From positions 448,001 to 512,000 of the forward strand of contig CBDBKE010000004.1 in NCBI GenBank assembly GCA_965206645.1: a DNA stretch of 64,000 nt, read 5' to 3'. Of this stretch, positions 42,081 to 52,191 are shown one piece after another. Both the position numbers and the translations under genes were made by a program. The stretch is from Terriglobia bacterium. Its GTDB lineage: Bacteria; Acidobacteriota; Terriglobia; JAJPHL01; JAPKYU01. Each line of letters starts with the position of its first letter. The stretch's first letter is position 1. The notes beneath the pieces are model-generated. The model saw nothing but the letters and a program-made list of their open reading frames with translations. It was not told the origin of the DNA and made no database searches.

Positions 42081-43429
42081 TCGGCTGGCGGCGGCTGTAC
42101 CCCAAACCGGCGGGATCGCTGCCCGGCGGCATCGTCACTCAATGGGGCGTCGGGATCATCACCATTCTGGTCCTCGTATTTCTGACGTACTGGATTTATT
42201 TCGGCGGCGGCGAGGAAGCGGAGCTTTCGCCGGGCACGGAGACGGAACAGGGGGCGGCGCGGAGCTTCGCCGATCAAATGGCCGCGCAGGTCGAAGCAGA
42301 GTCGCTTCGAGCCGCGACGCGCCGACAAGCGGCGGAGCGGGCGTTGCAGCAGCAACAACGACAACAGGGGGCCAGCGGAGGCGGGATCGGCGCGGGGCGC
42401 GTAACCGCCGATCAAGCGAAGGCGCTGGCCGGGACAAGTCCCGACACCGGGCAGCCCTACACCGAGGAAGAATGGGAACTCCGGAAACGCTTGCGGCTGG
42501 AAGCGGTCGAGCGGCGCAGCCGGTCGCTTCGCAGTTCGCCGGTCGCACAGACCTACCGGCAAGTGGATCGAGCGGCGGCGGAAACCGAGGCGCGGCGGAG
42601 CGAAACCGCAAGCCCGGTCGATGCCATGAGAGCGGAAGGGGCGGCGGCGCTCGAACAGGCGCTCGACACGATTGGGACGGTCACGACCGGCCTCGAAGAT
42701 GAAGTAGCGGCGGAGACCCAAGCGGACCGAGCGTTTATCGAAGCACTCAGAGGGACACCAACCGCTGCGGCCACGCCCGCCGTTCCCACGGCGTCAGCGG
42801 GCCCCCCACCGGCGCGGGATTACTCTTCTCCGGCTCGTGTTGGTGCACCGGATGATCCCCCCGGTTGGGAGCGCATCCATGAAGGCTCGTTTTTGGAAGC
42901 GGCCCTGGTCACGCAGCTTTCCGGTGACTTTCCCGGCCCGGTCCTGGCCGTGGTTTCGGTGCCTGTTTATTCGGCAGACCGACAGCGCATCTTGGTGCCG
43001 CGTGGTACGCGGGTCATTGGTACGGCTCAGGCCGTATCCAATCAGGACCAAGCCCGACTCGCCGTGAGTTTCCACCGCTTGATCTACCCCGACGGGCGTT
43101 GGGTGGCGCTGCAATTTCATGGGTTGAATCAAGTCGGCGAGGGAGCCCTGAAAGATCAAGTCAACCGACACTACTTTTCCATGTTCGCCGCTGTCGGGGC
43201 GGTCGGCATCCTGGCCGGACTCACGGCGCAAGGCGGCAACCCTTACGAGGGCGGCGTGGCGGGCTTCCGGGCCGGTGCGGGGCAGGGACTCGGACAGGCC
43301 GCTACTCGCATCCTGGATCGTTTCTTGAATCGTTTATCCACCCTCACAATACGCGCCGGGCATCGGCTTCGCGTCTGGTTCACTTCCGACGTGCTGGTGC
43401 CCCGGTCCGCAAAAAGGAGATTGAAATGA
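42077..43429 (+). CDS. virB10: VirB10/TrbI
   Basis: N-terminal TM; PGPV..VYS..LVPRGTRVIG..TIRAG. Confidence 0.9.
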   Translation: MIGWRRLYPKPAGSLPGGIVTQWGVGIITILVLVFLTYWIYFGGGEEAELSPGTETEQGAARSFADQMAAQVEAESLRAATRRQAAERALQQQQRQQGASGGGIGAGRVTADQAKALAGTSPDTGQPYTEEEWELRKRLRLEAVERRSRSLRSSPVAQTYRQVDRAAAETEARRSETASPVDAMRAEGAAALEQALDTIGTVTTGLEDEVAAETQADRAFIEALRGTPTAAATPAVPTASAGPPPARDYSSPARVGAPDDPPGWERIHEGSFLEAALVTQLSGDFPGPVLAVVSVPVYSADRQRILVPRGTRVIGTAQAVSNQDQARLAVSFHRLIYPDGRWVALQFHGLNQVGEGALKDQVNRHYFSMFAAVGAVGILAGLTAQGGNPYEGGVAGFRAGAGQGLGQAATRILDRFLNRLSTLTIRAGHRLRVWFTSDVLVPRSAKRRLK

Positions 43430-44340
43430 AACACCGAATTTTTACCGGAGCGGTGGTCATCCCGCTTCTGATCGTGCTGACCACCACGCCCGCCTACGCC
43501 ATCTTCGGCTCGATCCTGGCGGGCATTCAACGGGCGCAGATGATCATCAATCAGGGCGTCCAGATTTACGAGGCGCAGATCGCCAAGCTGACGATGGACA
43601 CCCAATTGACCGAACTGACGGACCAGTTCTCACACTTGAAAGATCAGGCGCTCGGAAGCGTCGGCGCGCTCACCGATCCGTTCACCGACCTGGCATCGGT
43701 CCCGACGCGGTTCATCGGCGTGGGCCTATCGTGGAAAAGCGATTTTACCGGCGTGGCGGCGGAGCTTGCGTCGTCAGTCGAACAGATGGGCGAAACCGGC
43801 AAGAGCTTTGCCCAATCCTGGCGCGGGCGGCTCACCGCCGCCGACACGGTGACCGAGAGCGACATCCTCACTCTGTACGGGGACTATCGCCCGGAGATCG
43901 CGGCGCAGGCGGCCAGCGGCTACCTCGCGGCGCGGGAGGAAGGCGACAAGCGCCTGGTGCTCGATCACGCAATGAGCGACGCGGCGGCGAATCTCATGAT
44001 TGCGGCGCGAGACGCCGTGGAGTCCTACGAAGGACTACGAAACAACACCAATACTTCCAACACCGCCCTTGCTCAATCACAAGTGGCCGGGACGGTGACG
44101 CAAGGAAACCTCACCGCTGCTATGGCGCAGTTGATGGCATTCCAGGCGGCGAAGGAGGCGGCAGAGGATTACGAACGCGAGATTGCTCGGCGGGAGGCGC
44201 TGGCTCGATGGATCGAGACGCAGCGCCGCGCCGAGATCACCTTCGCGGCGCAACAGGCCGGGCTCGATGCCCGCCGCGATTCCATGCGCGAAGGGTTGCT
44301 CTTTCGGATTCACCCGGCCTACGGCGGGAACGGCCAGTAA
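43426..44340 (+). CDS. secreted helical T4SS protein (VirB5/TrbJ-like)
   Basis: Signal peptide, coiled-coil character, position before VirB6. Confidence 0.6.
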   Translation: MKHRIFTGAVVIPLLIVLTTTPAYAIFGSILAGIQRAQMIINQGVQIYEAQIAKLTMDTQLTELTDQFSHLKDQALGSVGALTDPFTDLASVPTRFIGVGLSWKSDFTGVAAELASSVEQMGETGKSFAQSWRGRLTAADTVTESDILTLYGDYRPEIAAQAASGYLAAREEGDKRLVLDHAMSDAAANLMIAARDAVESYEGLRNNTNTSNTALAQSQVAGTVTQGNLTAAMAQLMAFQAAKEAAEDYEREIARREALARWIETQRRAEITFAAQQAGLDARRDSMREGLLFRIHPAYGGNGQ

Positions 44341-44352
44341 TCCATTTCGCCG

Positions 44353-45351
44353 ATGCAGATTCAACTCGATCCCAACATCCCGGCCAACCTTTCCCCGGAA
44401 CAACTGAGGGACTTCAAGTCGTTCCTCGATGTCGCTCTGGATGGCCTGACCGCGGCGGCGGCCGGGGAGGTTTTCGCCACCGGAAACGCGCTCTTCGGGG
44501 GGCTGGCTCTCATCGTTGTGGTGTTGAAGGGGCTGAAGATCGCCTTTAGCGGAAACATTCAGCCGTGGGAGCTGGTGCGGGTCGTCATCGGGCTATGGAT
44601 ACCGTGGGTGATGTTGCAGTTCTACACCACCACCATTCCGGGAATGGCTTTCACCTTCCCAGGGATGATTGCGGCGGGCGGAAATTGGCTTCACGAACTG
44701 CTGATCGGCGATGCCGTCTATTCGATGCAGACCGAGCTTGGCAACCTCATTCGCTCCCTTGCGGCGAACCAGGCAGCCCAGGCGCAAGCGGGGAACACGC
44801 TCGGCCTACTCACCGGCGGGATTCATGCCGCGATAACGGCGGTTGCGGGGTTTGCAATGTTTGTGTTCGTAGTCCTTATGCTCCTTCTGTTGGCCGCCGT
44901 CACCTACGCTCAAGTGATCTGGGCTCAAATCGCGCTTGCCATCCTCATCATCTTGGGGCCGATCTTCATTCCGTTTCTGGTGTTCGAGCCGCTGTCGTTT
45001 CTGTTCTGGGGATGGTTCCGGGCGATGATTACCTACTCGCTTTATGCCGTGATCGCCGGAGCGGTGCTGCGCGTGTTCTCCGCTGTCGGAATCTCCTACA
45101 TCACGAGCTTGGGGAATGCCAACCTGGACATGCAGAGCTTCATAGACGTGGGCTTGTGGATGATCGCCGTCGTGCCCTTGTTTGTCGCCGGGATGCTGGC
45201 AAGCCTCAAGTGCGGGGAGCTCGCCTCGATGCTCGTTACCAGCACAGGAGCAGCCGGCAGCGGCCTCATGGGGATGGCAACCACGGCGGGAACGGTTGCG
45301 GCCACCGGAGGCGCGGCGGCGGCGAAGATCGGAGCAGGGGGGATTAAATGA
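44353..45351 (+). CDS. virB6: VirB6/TrbL
   Basis: Polytopic; LGPIFIPF..F.GW; Gly/Ala-rich tail. Confidence 0.85.
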   Translation: MQIQLDPNIPANLSPEQLRDFKSFLDVALDGLTAAAAGEVFATGNALFGGLALIVVVLKGLKIAFSGNIQPWELVRVVIGLWIPWVMLQFYTTTIPGMAFTFPGMIAAGGNWLHELLIGDAVYSMQTELGNLIRSLAANQAAQAQAGNTLGLLTGGIHAAITAVAGFAMFVFVVLMLLLLAAVTYAQVIWAQIALAILIILGPIFIPFLVFEPLSFLFWGWFRAMITYSLYAVIAGAVLRVFSAVGISYITSLGNANLDMQSFIDVGLWMIAVVPLFVAGMLASLKCGELASMLVTSTGAAGSGLMGMATTAGTVAATGGAAAAKIGAGGIK

Positions 45352-46025
45352 GCGAACCCGAAACCGCCGGCAAAGATGCCGGAGCCGAGTACGCCGAAAT
45401 ATGGGGCGAAGCCATCCACTCCAACCGTCATCTACGGGTGCTCTCCGTCGGGTTGGGAATCGGGTTGCTCTTGCTCATCATCGTCGTCATTCGTATTGTG
45501 TCGGTTGATCCGCCCCGCCCCATCGTCGTGAGGGTCGATGAAGTAGGCCGGGCCGAGGCCATCGCCTACGAGGCGATGGAGGCCCAGGCCGACCCGCTGG
45601 ACTCCACCACCAAATACTTTCTCAATCGCTTCATTTACGACTTCTACTCGCGGCGGCGGGCCACGGTCCAAGAGAACTGGTCCCGCAGTCTGCGCTTCCT
45701 GACCACGGAGCTTGCCAACGCAAGTTTCCGGGCCGAGAGTCAGAATATCGCTCTTCTCGCGGCGGGAGCGGCGCGGGATGAACTGCAAGTGGATCGCGTC
45801 GTTTTGAGGATTCAGGCCAATCCCCAGGAGCCGCACAGCGCGACGGCAGATTTTGACCTGGTGCGGATGGTGATGGCAAACGAAGTAAGCCGGGAGCGCT
45901 GGACCCTCTCGCTGCAATTCCAGTTCCTCGATGAGATCCCGCCGGACCTGATCGTCCACAACCCTATGGGGATCGTTATCAGCTATCTGCAAGGGGATCG
46001 GGCGATAGTCACCGGCGACCAATGA
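45348..46025 (+). CDS. virB8: VirB8/TrbF
   Basis: One TM, PIVVRVD, NPMGIVI. Confidence 0.85.
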   Translation: MSEPETAGKDAGAEYAEIWGEAIHSNRHLRVLSVGLGIGLLLLIIVVIRIVSVDPPRPIVVRVDEVGRAEAIAYEAMEAQADPLDSTTKYFLNRFIYDFYSRRRATVQENWSRSLRFLTTELANASFRAESQNIALLAAGAARDELQVDRVVLRIQANPQEPHSATADFDLVRMVMANEVSRERWTLSLQFQFLDEIPPDLIVHNPMGIVISYLQGDRAIVTGDQ

Positions 46026-46966
46026 TGATCGAGCACTTGCGCGGACGCGAAACAGCACTGGAAGCGCTCGGCTGGACCGGGCCGGAGGCGGAGTGGATCG
46101 CGCTGGTGTGTCTGCATAGCGGCGTCTTCACCCGCGCTCAATTCTGTCACTACTTCAATACAGATCGGAAGCAGGCGCTTCGCTTTGTAAAGGCATTGAT
46201 TGACCGCCGGGCGGCGGTCGAAAGCGATCATGTAACGTTCAACGGCGGCGGGCGGACGTGCCGGATATCGAACAAGCCGATCTATCGGGCGCTGGGAGTC
46301 GAGAACATCCGCCACCGGCGCAAGGCCCATCCGCCGGTTGTGATGCGGCGGCTGCTCTCGTTGGATTTCGTTCTGGAACATCCGGGCATGAACTGGCTCC
46401 CCGCCGAGCCGGAGAAGGTCGCGTTTTTTGACGGGCTCGGCCTATCGCGGCGGCTGATCCCGCGACGGATTTACTACGGCGCTGTGGGAGCGCAGAAGCG
46501 CTACTTTGCGCTCAAACTTCCCCTGGCCAGTGACGCTGAAACCGTCATCTTCGCCTACGTCGATCCGGGCCACCAAACGGATCGGGAGTTGCACTCCTGG
46601 GGAGCCGCGCATGGGCCGCTTTGGGATGCGCTTCGCAAAAAGGGGCGGCAGGTCCGGGTGATCGGGATTGCGGCGGAAAACGAAACCGTGGATCGGACGG
46701 CGCGGGTGCTCCGCGTGTGGGCCGCAGCCCCCGCGAAGGAGACCGGAGAGGGGCGGACGTTGGCGGAGGAAATCAAGAGGATCGACACCGCACTGAGAAC
46801 CAATGATCCGATAGTCCTGGCCGAGTACGGGGGATTCAACGCGGCAATGAAAAAAGGAGCGGAACTCGAAAGTCTCCCGGAGGCAAAAGTGACGGAAGGG
46901 GTCTCGATTGACGACTATTCGACGTGGCGGGCCACCCGGTTTGCGGCGCGAGACGAAGGCGGATGA
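46022..46966 (+). CDS. conserved hypothetical wHTH-like DNA-binding protein next to the origin-like region
   Basis: Homolog at 57293-58234 and remnant at 11525-11596; function inferred. Confidence 0.7.
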   Translation: MMIEHLRGRETALEALGWTGPEAEWIALVCLHSGVFTRAQFCHYFNTDRKQALRFVKALIDRRAAVESDHVTFNGGGRTCRISNKPIYRALGVENIRHRRKAHPPVVMRRLLSLDFVLEHPGMNWLPAEPEKVAFFDGLGLSRRLIPRRIYYGAVGAQKRYFALKLPLASDAETVIFAYVDPGHQTDRELHSWGAAHGPLWDALRKKGRQVRVIGIAAENETVDRTARVLRVWAAAPAKETGEGRTLAEEIKRIDTALRTNDPIVLAEYGGFNAAMKKGAELESLPEAKVTEGVSIDDYSTWRATRFAARDEGG

Positions 46967-47325
46967 AAAGAGCGCACAAACCCGGGAGTTTTTGTGCCAC
47001 TGAGGACCGCATGTTAAGTGCCACGCGCTCGGAGTGGGGGGTGTGGCACGATTCTAGCTAAAGGTGCGGCAAAACCACATTCCTTTATGTCTCTCATTCC
47101 GCTGTGTTTCTCCCCTGCTAATCGGACTCACCCGCGCCGATCCAGGAAAATCGGGGAGGACGATAGCGACCCCCCGAAAACCGGGGGGGCATGTGGCCCC
47201 GATAGCGGCGCGCTGTTCCACGCCTCTATCCGGCCCCATGCGGGGTCGCTATCGTCCTCATTGATCCCTGCGGGAAGGCTCGGAGCAGCCCCCAACGGGG
47301 GCGCTGACGGAAGGGAGACGGAGCT
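46967..47325 (+). promoter_or_regulatory. origin-like (oriT/oriV candidate) structured intergenic region
   Basis: Four TGCCRC boxes at 23-24 bp spacing; invariant CTCATTCCGCTGT; 18-bp perfect IR 47156-47173 / 47242-47259. Confidence 0.6.
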
Positions 47326-49437
47326 ATGAAATGGCGGCGCTTCATTCCTCACATCCTTCTGTTTTTCGGCGGCCTGGGGTACGCCCTGTGGAGCTTTGTC
47401 CGCCGTCCCTTCCCCATGCTTGGGGATAGTCCCTTGCTCGATCTCATGGACTATCACACCCCCAACTTCTACGGCTGGGTGATGCTCTGGTACTACGCTT
47501 CGCCTTTCGTCGCCGTCATGCTCGCGGGGCTCATTCTCATGTCCGTCTGGAAGGTCTGGCTGGAATCGCGGCGGCGGGATTTCGCGCCCTTTGGGGCGCT
47601 CCCGACCTGGCCGCTTTCACCCCGGCAAACGGCCCCGGCCATCGTAATCGGTGAGGTTCATCATCCGGTGGAGGCGCGCGAGATTTTCAATCCCTCCTGG
47701 CTCACGATCCCGGAGCGTGGGCTGTATACCGGCGTGGCGATTTTCGGAGCCGTCGGGTCCGGGAAGACCTCGGCTTGTATGCACCCCTTCGCCCGCCAGC
47801 TTCTCGGCTGGCAAGCCGAGAATCCACAGATGCGGGCGGCGGCGCTCATGCTTGAAGTCAAGGGAGATTTCTGTCACGACATCCGCCAAATCCTGATCGA
47901 GGCGGGCCGGGGAAAAGACTACATCGAGCTTGGCATGAATGGGCGCTGGCAATGGAACCCGCTCTCGGCCTGGTGGCTCGATTCCTACTCGCTGGCCTAC
48001 ACCGTTTCGAGCCTTCTCAACCAGCTGTTCGGGAAGGGCAAGGAACCCTTCTGGCAGCAAGCCTATACCAACCTGGTCCGCTGGATCATTGAGCTTCACC
48101 GGATATTCCCGGAACGGTGGGTGACGTTGCAGCAGGTCTACCGCTGCGCCATCGACCCGGACCTTTTCGCAGCCAAGATCGAGCAAGCCGAAGCGTGGAG
48201 CGACGAGTTGAACAAGGGAACCGTTTTCGTTCGGGCCGATCTAGTAGGCGAGAACAAAATGAAGCTGGCTGAATGGGTATGGGAAGGGACGCTGGGCCGG
48301 GAGGAACAGCAAGCCGTCTACAGCCGCGCCTTGCTCAACAAACTGGACGAGCTCAAGCTGACCTACCGGGTGGTTTGGGACCCCGGACCCGGAGACGAAG
48401 TGAGAGAACGGGTGGAGGCGGTGAAGCGCTGGTTTGTCAACGACTGGCAAACGCTGGATAACAAAATCAAGTCCTCGATTGTGGAGGGGGTTTCGGTATT
48501 CCTTGCCATGTTCGACATGCCGGATGTGGCGAAGGTGTTTTGCCCGCCCGCGCCGGAAGTCCCCGACGATCCACAAGCCATTGCAATTCAGGCCAGGGCC
48601 GCGAAGCGGGCCGGGGAAGAAGCCCGGGAGCCGAACAAGGAGCCGGAGGCCGCGCCCACGTCGATTCCTTCCGTCGAAGAGGAACGAATCGCCGGGCCGC
48701 GACACCTGCCCTCGCTCTATGAATTGATCGAAAGGGGCAAGGTGCTGGCCTTGAATATGCCCGCCGGATCGAACCCGGCGCTGGCCCGCGCCGTGGGCGT
48801 GATGCTCAAGAACGCCTGGCTACAGGCGCTTCTCATGCGCCCGACCAAGATGAAGGAGTCGCCGGGCGTCTACTTCCGCCCGGCGGTTTTCATCTGCGAC
48901 GAGTATCAGGCGTTTGCTTCGGTGGGCGAGGACGATCCATCGGGCGATGAAAAATCCTTTGCGCTAACCCGGCAATGCCGCTGCATCCCGATTGTCGCCA
49001 CTCAATCCATTTCCTCGCTCCGATCTGTGTTGGGAAGCTCGGAAGCATGGCGGTCGCTGTTGCAGACGCTCCGCACACGGATTTTCCTGTCTCTCAGCGA
49101 CGACGCCAGCGCCAAGATTGCAAGCGAAATGTGCGGGCAGGTGGCGAAGATCAAGGGATCCTACACGATCAGCGAGACCTCCAAGCGGGCGGAAGTCTCC
49201 CCGCTGTCAGGCCGCGCCGGTGGAGGCGGCGGCAGCATCGGCGCGACCAAGTCTTTCCGGGAGCAACGCGAGGCCGTGTTTCACCCGCGAGACTTCACGC
49301 TGCTCTCGAACTGTCAAGCGATCTGTCTGCCCTATGACGGGGCGCAGTCGCTTGAACCGCGCCGGGTCTATCTCAAGCCTCACTATCTGCCCCTCGATTA
49401 TTCCTATTGGAGAGCGAAGGAGGCGGGCAGATTATGA
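47326..49437 (+). CDS. virD4: VirD4/TraD-like type IV coupling protein
   Basis: Two N-terminal TMs, GAVGSGKT, EVKGD, FICDEY, ATQS. Confidence 0.85.
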   Translation: MKWRRFIPHILLFFGGLGYALWSFVRRPFPMLGDSPLLDLMDYHTPNFYGWVMLWYYASPFVAVMLAGLILMSVWKVWLESRRRDFAPFGALPTWPLSPRQTAPAIVIGEVHHPVEAREIFNPSWLTIPERGLYTGVAIFGAVGSGKTSACMHPFARQLLGWQAENPQMRAAALMLEVKGDFCHDIRQILIEAGRGKDYIELGMNGRWQWNPLSAWWLDSYSLAYTVSSLLNQLFGKGKEPFWQQAYTNLVRWIIELHRIFPERWVTLQQVYRCAIDPDLFAAKIEQAEAWSDELNKGTVFVRADLVGENKMKLAEWVWEGTLGREEQQAVYSRALLNKLDELKLTYRVVWDPGPGDEVRERVEAVKRWFVNDWQTLDNKIKSSIVEGVSVFLAMFDMPDVAKVFCPPAPEVPDDPQAIAIQARAAKRAGEEAREPNKEPEAAPTSIPSVEEERIAGPRHLPSLYELIERGKVLALNMPAGSNPALARAVGVMLKNAWLQALLMRPTKMKESPGVYFRPAVFICDEYQAFASVGEDDPSGDEKSFALTRQCRCIPIVATQSISSLRSVLGSSEAWRSLLQTLRTRIFLSLSDDASAKIASEMCGQVAKIKGSYTISETSKRAEVSPLSGRAGGGGGSIGATKSFREQREAVFHPRDFTLLSNCQAICLPYDGAQSLEPRRVYLKPHYLPLDYSYWRAKEAGRL

Positions 49438-50399
49438 GCGCCGCGAGTGGACTGGAACACCTGAAACCGTTTCTACCGGGATTGGAAAGCGCCCTGGAAG
49501 ATTCCGAAGTCAGCGAGATCATGATTAACGGGCCGTTCAATGTCTGGGTCGAGCGGGCCGGGCGGTTGACGGCACATGACGCGCCGGACCTGGACGAATC
49601 GGCCCTGTTGCGGGCGGCCATCCACATCGCCCGTCCTTTGGGCTTGGATCCGGCGAGCTCGCCGATTGTCGATGCGCGCCTGGACGACGGCTCGCGGGTT
49701 GCCATCTGTGTCCCGCCCGCGAGCCCCACGGTGGCGATCACCATGCGGCGCTTTGGCAAGCGGGCGTTCTCGGCGGATGATCTCGTGAAGCAAGGCGCAC
49801 TTCCTAAAAACGTGCGTGCGGAAGCGGAGCGGGTGTTGCGCTCGCGCCGCAACATCCTGGTTTCAGGCGGCACCGGATCGGGCAAGACCACCCTGCTTAA
49901 CGCACTTATTGAATTGCTTCCCGACGACGAGCGTATTGTCGCCATCGAGGACACCCTGGAGCTTCGCATCGAGCGCTCCAATTGCGTCCGCTTCGAGGCT
50001 CGCGGATTACAGGAAGGAGCGGTGACGATCCGGGACTTGGTACGCCACGCGCTGCGTCACCGCCCGGATCACATCGTCGTGGGCGAGGTGCGCGGCGGGG
50101 AGGCGGCGGACCTGCTGCAAGCCTTGAATACCGGACACGGCGGCTCGCTCACCACCGTACACGCCAACAACGCCGAGTCGGCCTTGTCGCGCATCGCCAG
50201 TTGCGCCATGCAGGGCGGCGGTGAGCTTCCCTGGGAGGTCACATGCCGAGGCGTGGTGGACGGCATCGCTATGGTGATTCACATGACGCGCCGCGAGGGA
50301 CGCCGCTTCGTGGAGGAGGCCTTGCTCGTGGAAGGTTATGACGCACCACAGAACCGCTGGCTCATCGAGCCAATCCGGAGGGAACACGATAACGGATGA
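49434..50399 (+). CDS. virB11: VirB11/TrbB ATPase
   Basis: SEIMING, SGGTGSGKTT, IEDTLEL, RPD..VGEVRG, NTGHGG..T.HAN. Confidence 0.93.
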   Translation: MSAASGLEHLKPFLPGLESALEDSEVSEIMINGPFNVWVERAGRLTAHDAPDLDESALLRAAIHIARPLGLDPASSPIVDARLDDGSRVAICVPPASPTVAITMRRFGKRAFSADDLVKQGALPKNVRAEAERVLRSRRNILVSGGTGSGKTTLLNALIELLPDDERIVAIEDTLELRIERSNCVRFEARGLQEGAVTIRDLVRHALRHRPDHIVVGEVRGGEAADLLQALNTGHGGSLTTVHANNAESALSRIASCAMQGGGELPWEVTCRGVVDGIAMVIHMTRREGRRFVEEALLVEGYDAPQNRWLIEPIRREHDNG

Positions 50400-50542
50400 A
50401 GACCCTCAAGGACTCCACCCCTGATCTCGCCGAAGCCCTGCATCGTGATGCCACCGGCGAGTGGGACTAACGACAAAATCGCAACAGCCTCTCCGCGCGG
50501 AGTTCCCCCTTGTGGTCTTGTATGGAGAGTAGGGAGGGAAAG

Positions 50543-50758
50543 ATGAGCCTTGACGGAGAAGCGCCAGATGCCCCGATCACGGTGAAGGCCGCCGCCCGCT
50601 TCTTGGGGGTTAGCCCCTCGCTGGTGTATGCTTACGTCGAGCGAAAGCAGATTCCCCATCTCCGCGTGATGGGGCGAAGCATCCGGTTTCTCAAATCGGA
50701 TTTGGAGCCCTTCCGCGCAAGCTTCAGGCAGGAGGTGGAGAATGGCAAGACCGAGTAA
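50543..50758 (+). CDS. xis: excisionase-like HTH protein
   Basis: TVKAAARFLGVS..VY..IP..RF; overlaps the integrase start. Confidence 0.85.
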   Translation: MSLDGEAPDAPITVKAAARFLGVSPSLVYAYVERKQIPHLRVMGRSIRFLKSDLEPFRASFRQEVENGKTE

Positions 50759-51869
50759 GCATGATGGTGTCATCTATCGCCGGAACGACAGCAACATTTG
50801 GTGGATGCGCTATCGGGATAAGGCCGGGCGGCGTCGCCTGGAATCAACACGAACGGAGGACTGGCAAGAAGCCCAACGGTGCCTACGCGAGCGGCTTCAG
50901 GCCAGAGACAATAATACCCTGGCCGCCCTTCGCCGGGGTCAACGGGTTACTTTCGGGGAATGGGCCGACTTTTTCCTGGTCAACTACTCTCAGCCCCCGA
51001 TTCGGGCCGAGAAGACTCACGAGGCAAACGAATGCGCGCTCAAGAGTCTGCGGCCAGTGTTCGGACCGATGAAGATAACCGAGATCGGAGCTGAGCAAAT
51101 CGAGCTTCATCTCCGCCAACGGCTGCAACAGCACAAGCGAGTCCGTCGTCGGAGTGGTGTCGTCGAACTCGGGCTTCTGAAACCCACCACCGTGCATCAA
51201 GAGCTTCGAGTTCTCCGGCGTATCTTTAGTGTTGCAGTGAAGAAGAAGCTCTGCCCGGCCAACCCCTGCGCCGGCGTGGAGTTTCCGGTGATCCTGAAAG
51301 GTTTCTTCCGACCCCACTACATGACCTGGTCCGAGCAGCAGAAAATCGAGCGGCATGCTCCCGCCTATCTCAGGAACATAATTCGGATCATCACGGAAAC
51401 GGGGCTCCGGGTCTATAAAGAGCTTGCCGCTATGCGCAAGGATCGAGTAGACCTCGCCAACAAGGTAGTCTTCGTGGAAGATTCGAAGACACCGACCGGG
51501 GTAGCCGAGGTTCCTTTGACCGGCATGGCTACTGAAGCCTTCCGTAACCAGATCGAATTAGCGGGACCCGGCCCATGGCTCTTTCCCAGCCCGCAGAACC
51601 CAATTGGGCATCAGACTAACTTCAGAAAGACCTGGGAAAGAGCACTCCGCAGAGCCGGAGTTCCCTACTTCCGCTTATACGACCTGCGCTCCACCCACGC
51701 TACGCGCCTTAGCGCCGGCGGCGTTGCGGACGAGTGGGTGACCCAGCTTCTTCGTCAGACGGACGCCAAAGTCTTCAAGAAGTATTCTCAGATGAAGCTC
51801 CAGATGAAGCGGGATGCGTTGACAAAACTCAATCACCGTGCAAATGAAACTGCAGCCGTTGGGTTTTGA
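50742..51869 (+). CDS. int: tyrosine integrase of the left ICE
   Basis: Arm-binding N-terminus, TGLR, SKT, YDLR, terminal Y (FKKYS). Confidence 0.92.
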   Translation: MARPSKHDGVIYRRNDSNIWWMRYRDKAGRRRLESTRTEDWQEAQRCLRERLQARDNNTLAALRRGQRVTFGEWADFFLVNYSQPPIRAEKTHEANECALKSLRPVFGPMKITEIGAEQIELHLRQRLQQHKRVRRRSGVVELGLLKPTTVHQELRVLRRIFSVAVKKKLCPANPCAGVEFPVILKGFFRPHYMTWSEQQKIERHAPAYLRNIIRIITETGLRVYKELAAMRKDRVDLANKVVFVEDSKTPTGVAEVPLTGMATEAFRNQIELAGPGPWLFPSPQNPIGHQTNFRKTWERALRRAGVPYFRLYDLRSTHATRLSAGGVADEWVTQLLRQTDAKVFKKYSQMKLQMKRDALTKLNHRANETAAVGF

Positions 51870-51921
51870 TACGGCACATCAACAGTTGTAGGGTTTTGAT
51901 ACGGTTTTGATACGGTTTTGA
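51861..51921 (+). repeat. GGTTTTGATAC repeats, putative integrase arm sites
   Basis: Three full copies and one partial; the same motif is mirrored at 52138-52191. Confidence 0.75.
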
Positions 51922-51983
51922 GGTTCAGGGATGGGCAAATGCAATCGAGACCGATTTAACTCATTGATTTCGAAGGACTGGAC

Positions 51984-52060
51984 TGGTGGGCGACAGAGGA
52001 CTCGAACCTCTGACCTCCTGCGTGTGAAGCAGGCGCTCTAACCAACTGAGCTAGTCGCCC
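51984..52060 (-). tRNA. tRNA-Val(CAC)
   Basis: GGGCGACTAGCTCAGTTGGTTAGAGCG-CCTGC TTCACAC GCAGG-..GGTTCGAGTCC..GTCGCCCACCA; full cloverleaf with encoded CCA. Confidence 0.97.
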
Positions 52061-52137
52061 CTTGGAGTTACTTCCTTTCTTCCAAACCACTTGCAGATTC
52101 TGTTCCATCGGCGAAATCGCTTAAACCGGCCCCAATT

Positions 52138-52191
52138 GTATCAAAACTGTATCAAAACCCCAGTTTTTTGGGCCCGGAGTGTATCAGAACC
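52138..52191 (-). repeat. TT(T/C)TGATAC repeats, putative arm sites of the right ICE
   Basis: Three copies on the minus strand overlapping the integrase 3' end. Confidence 0.7.
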
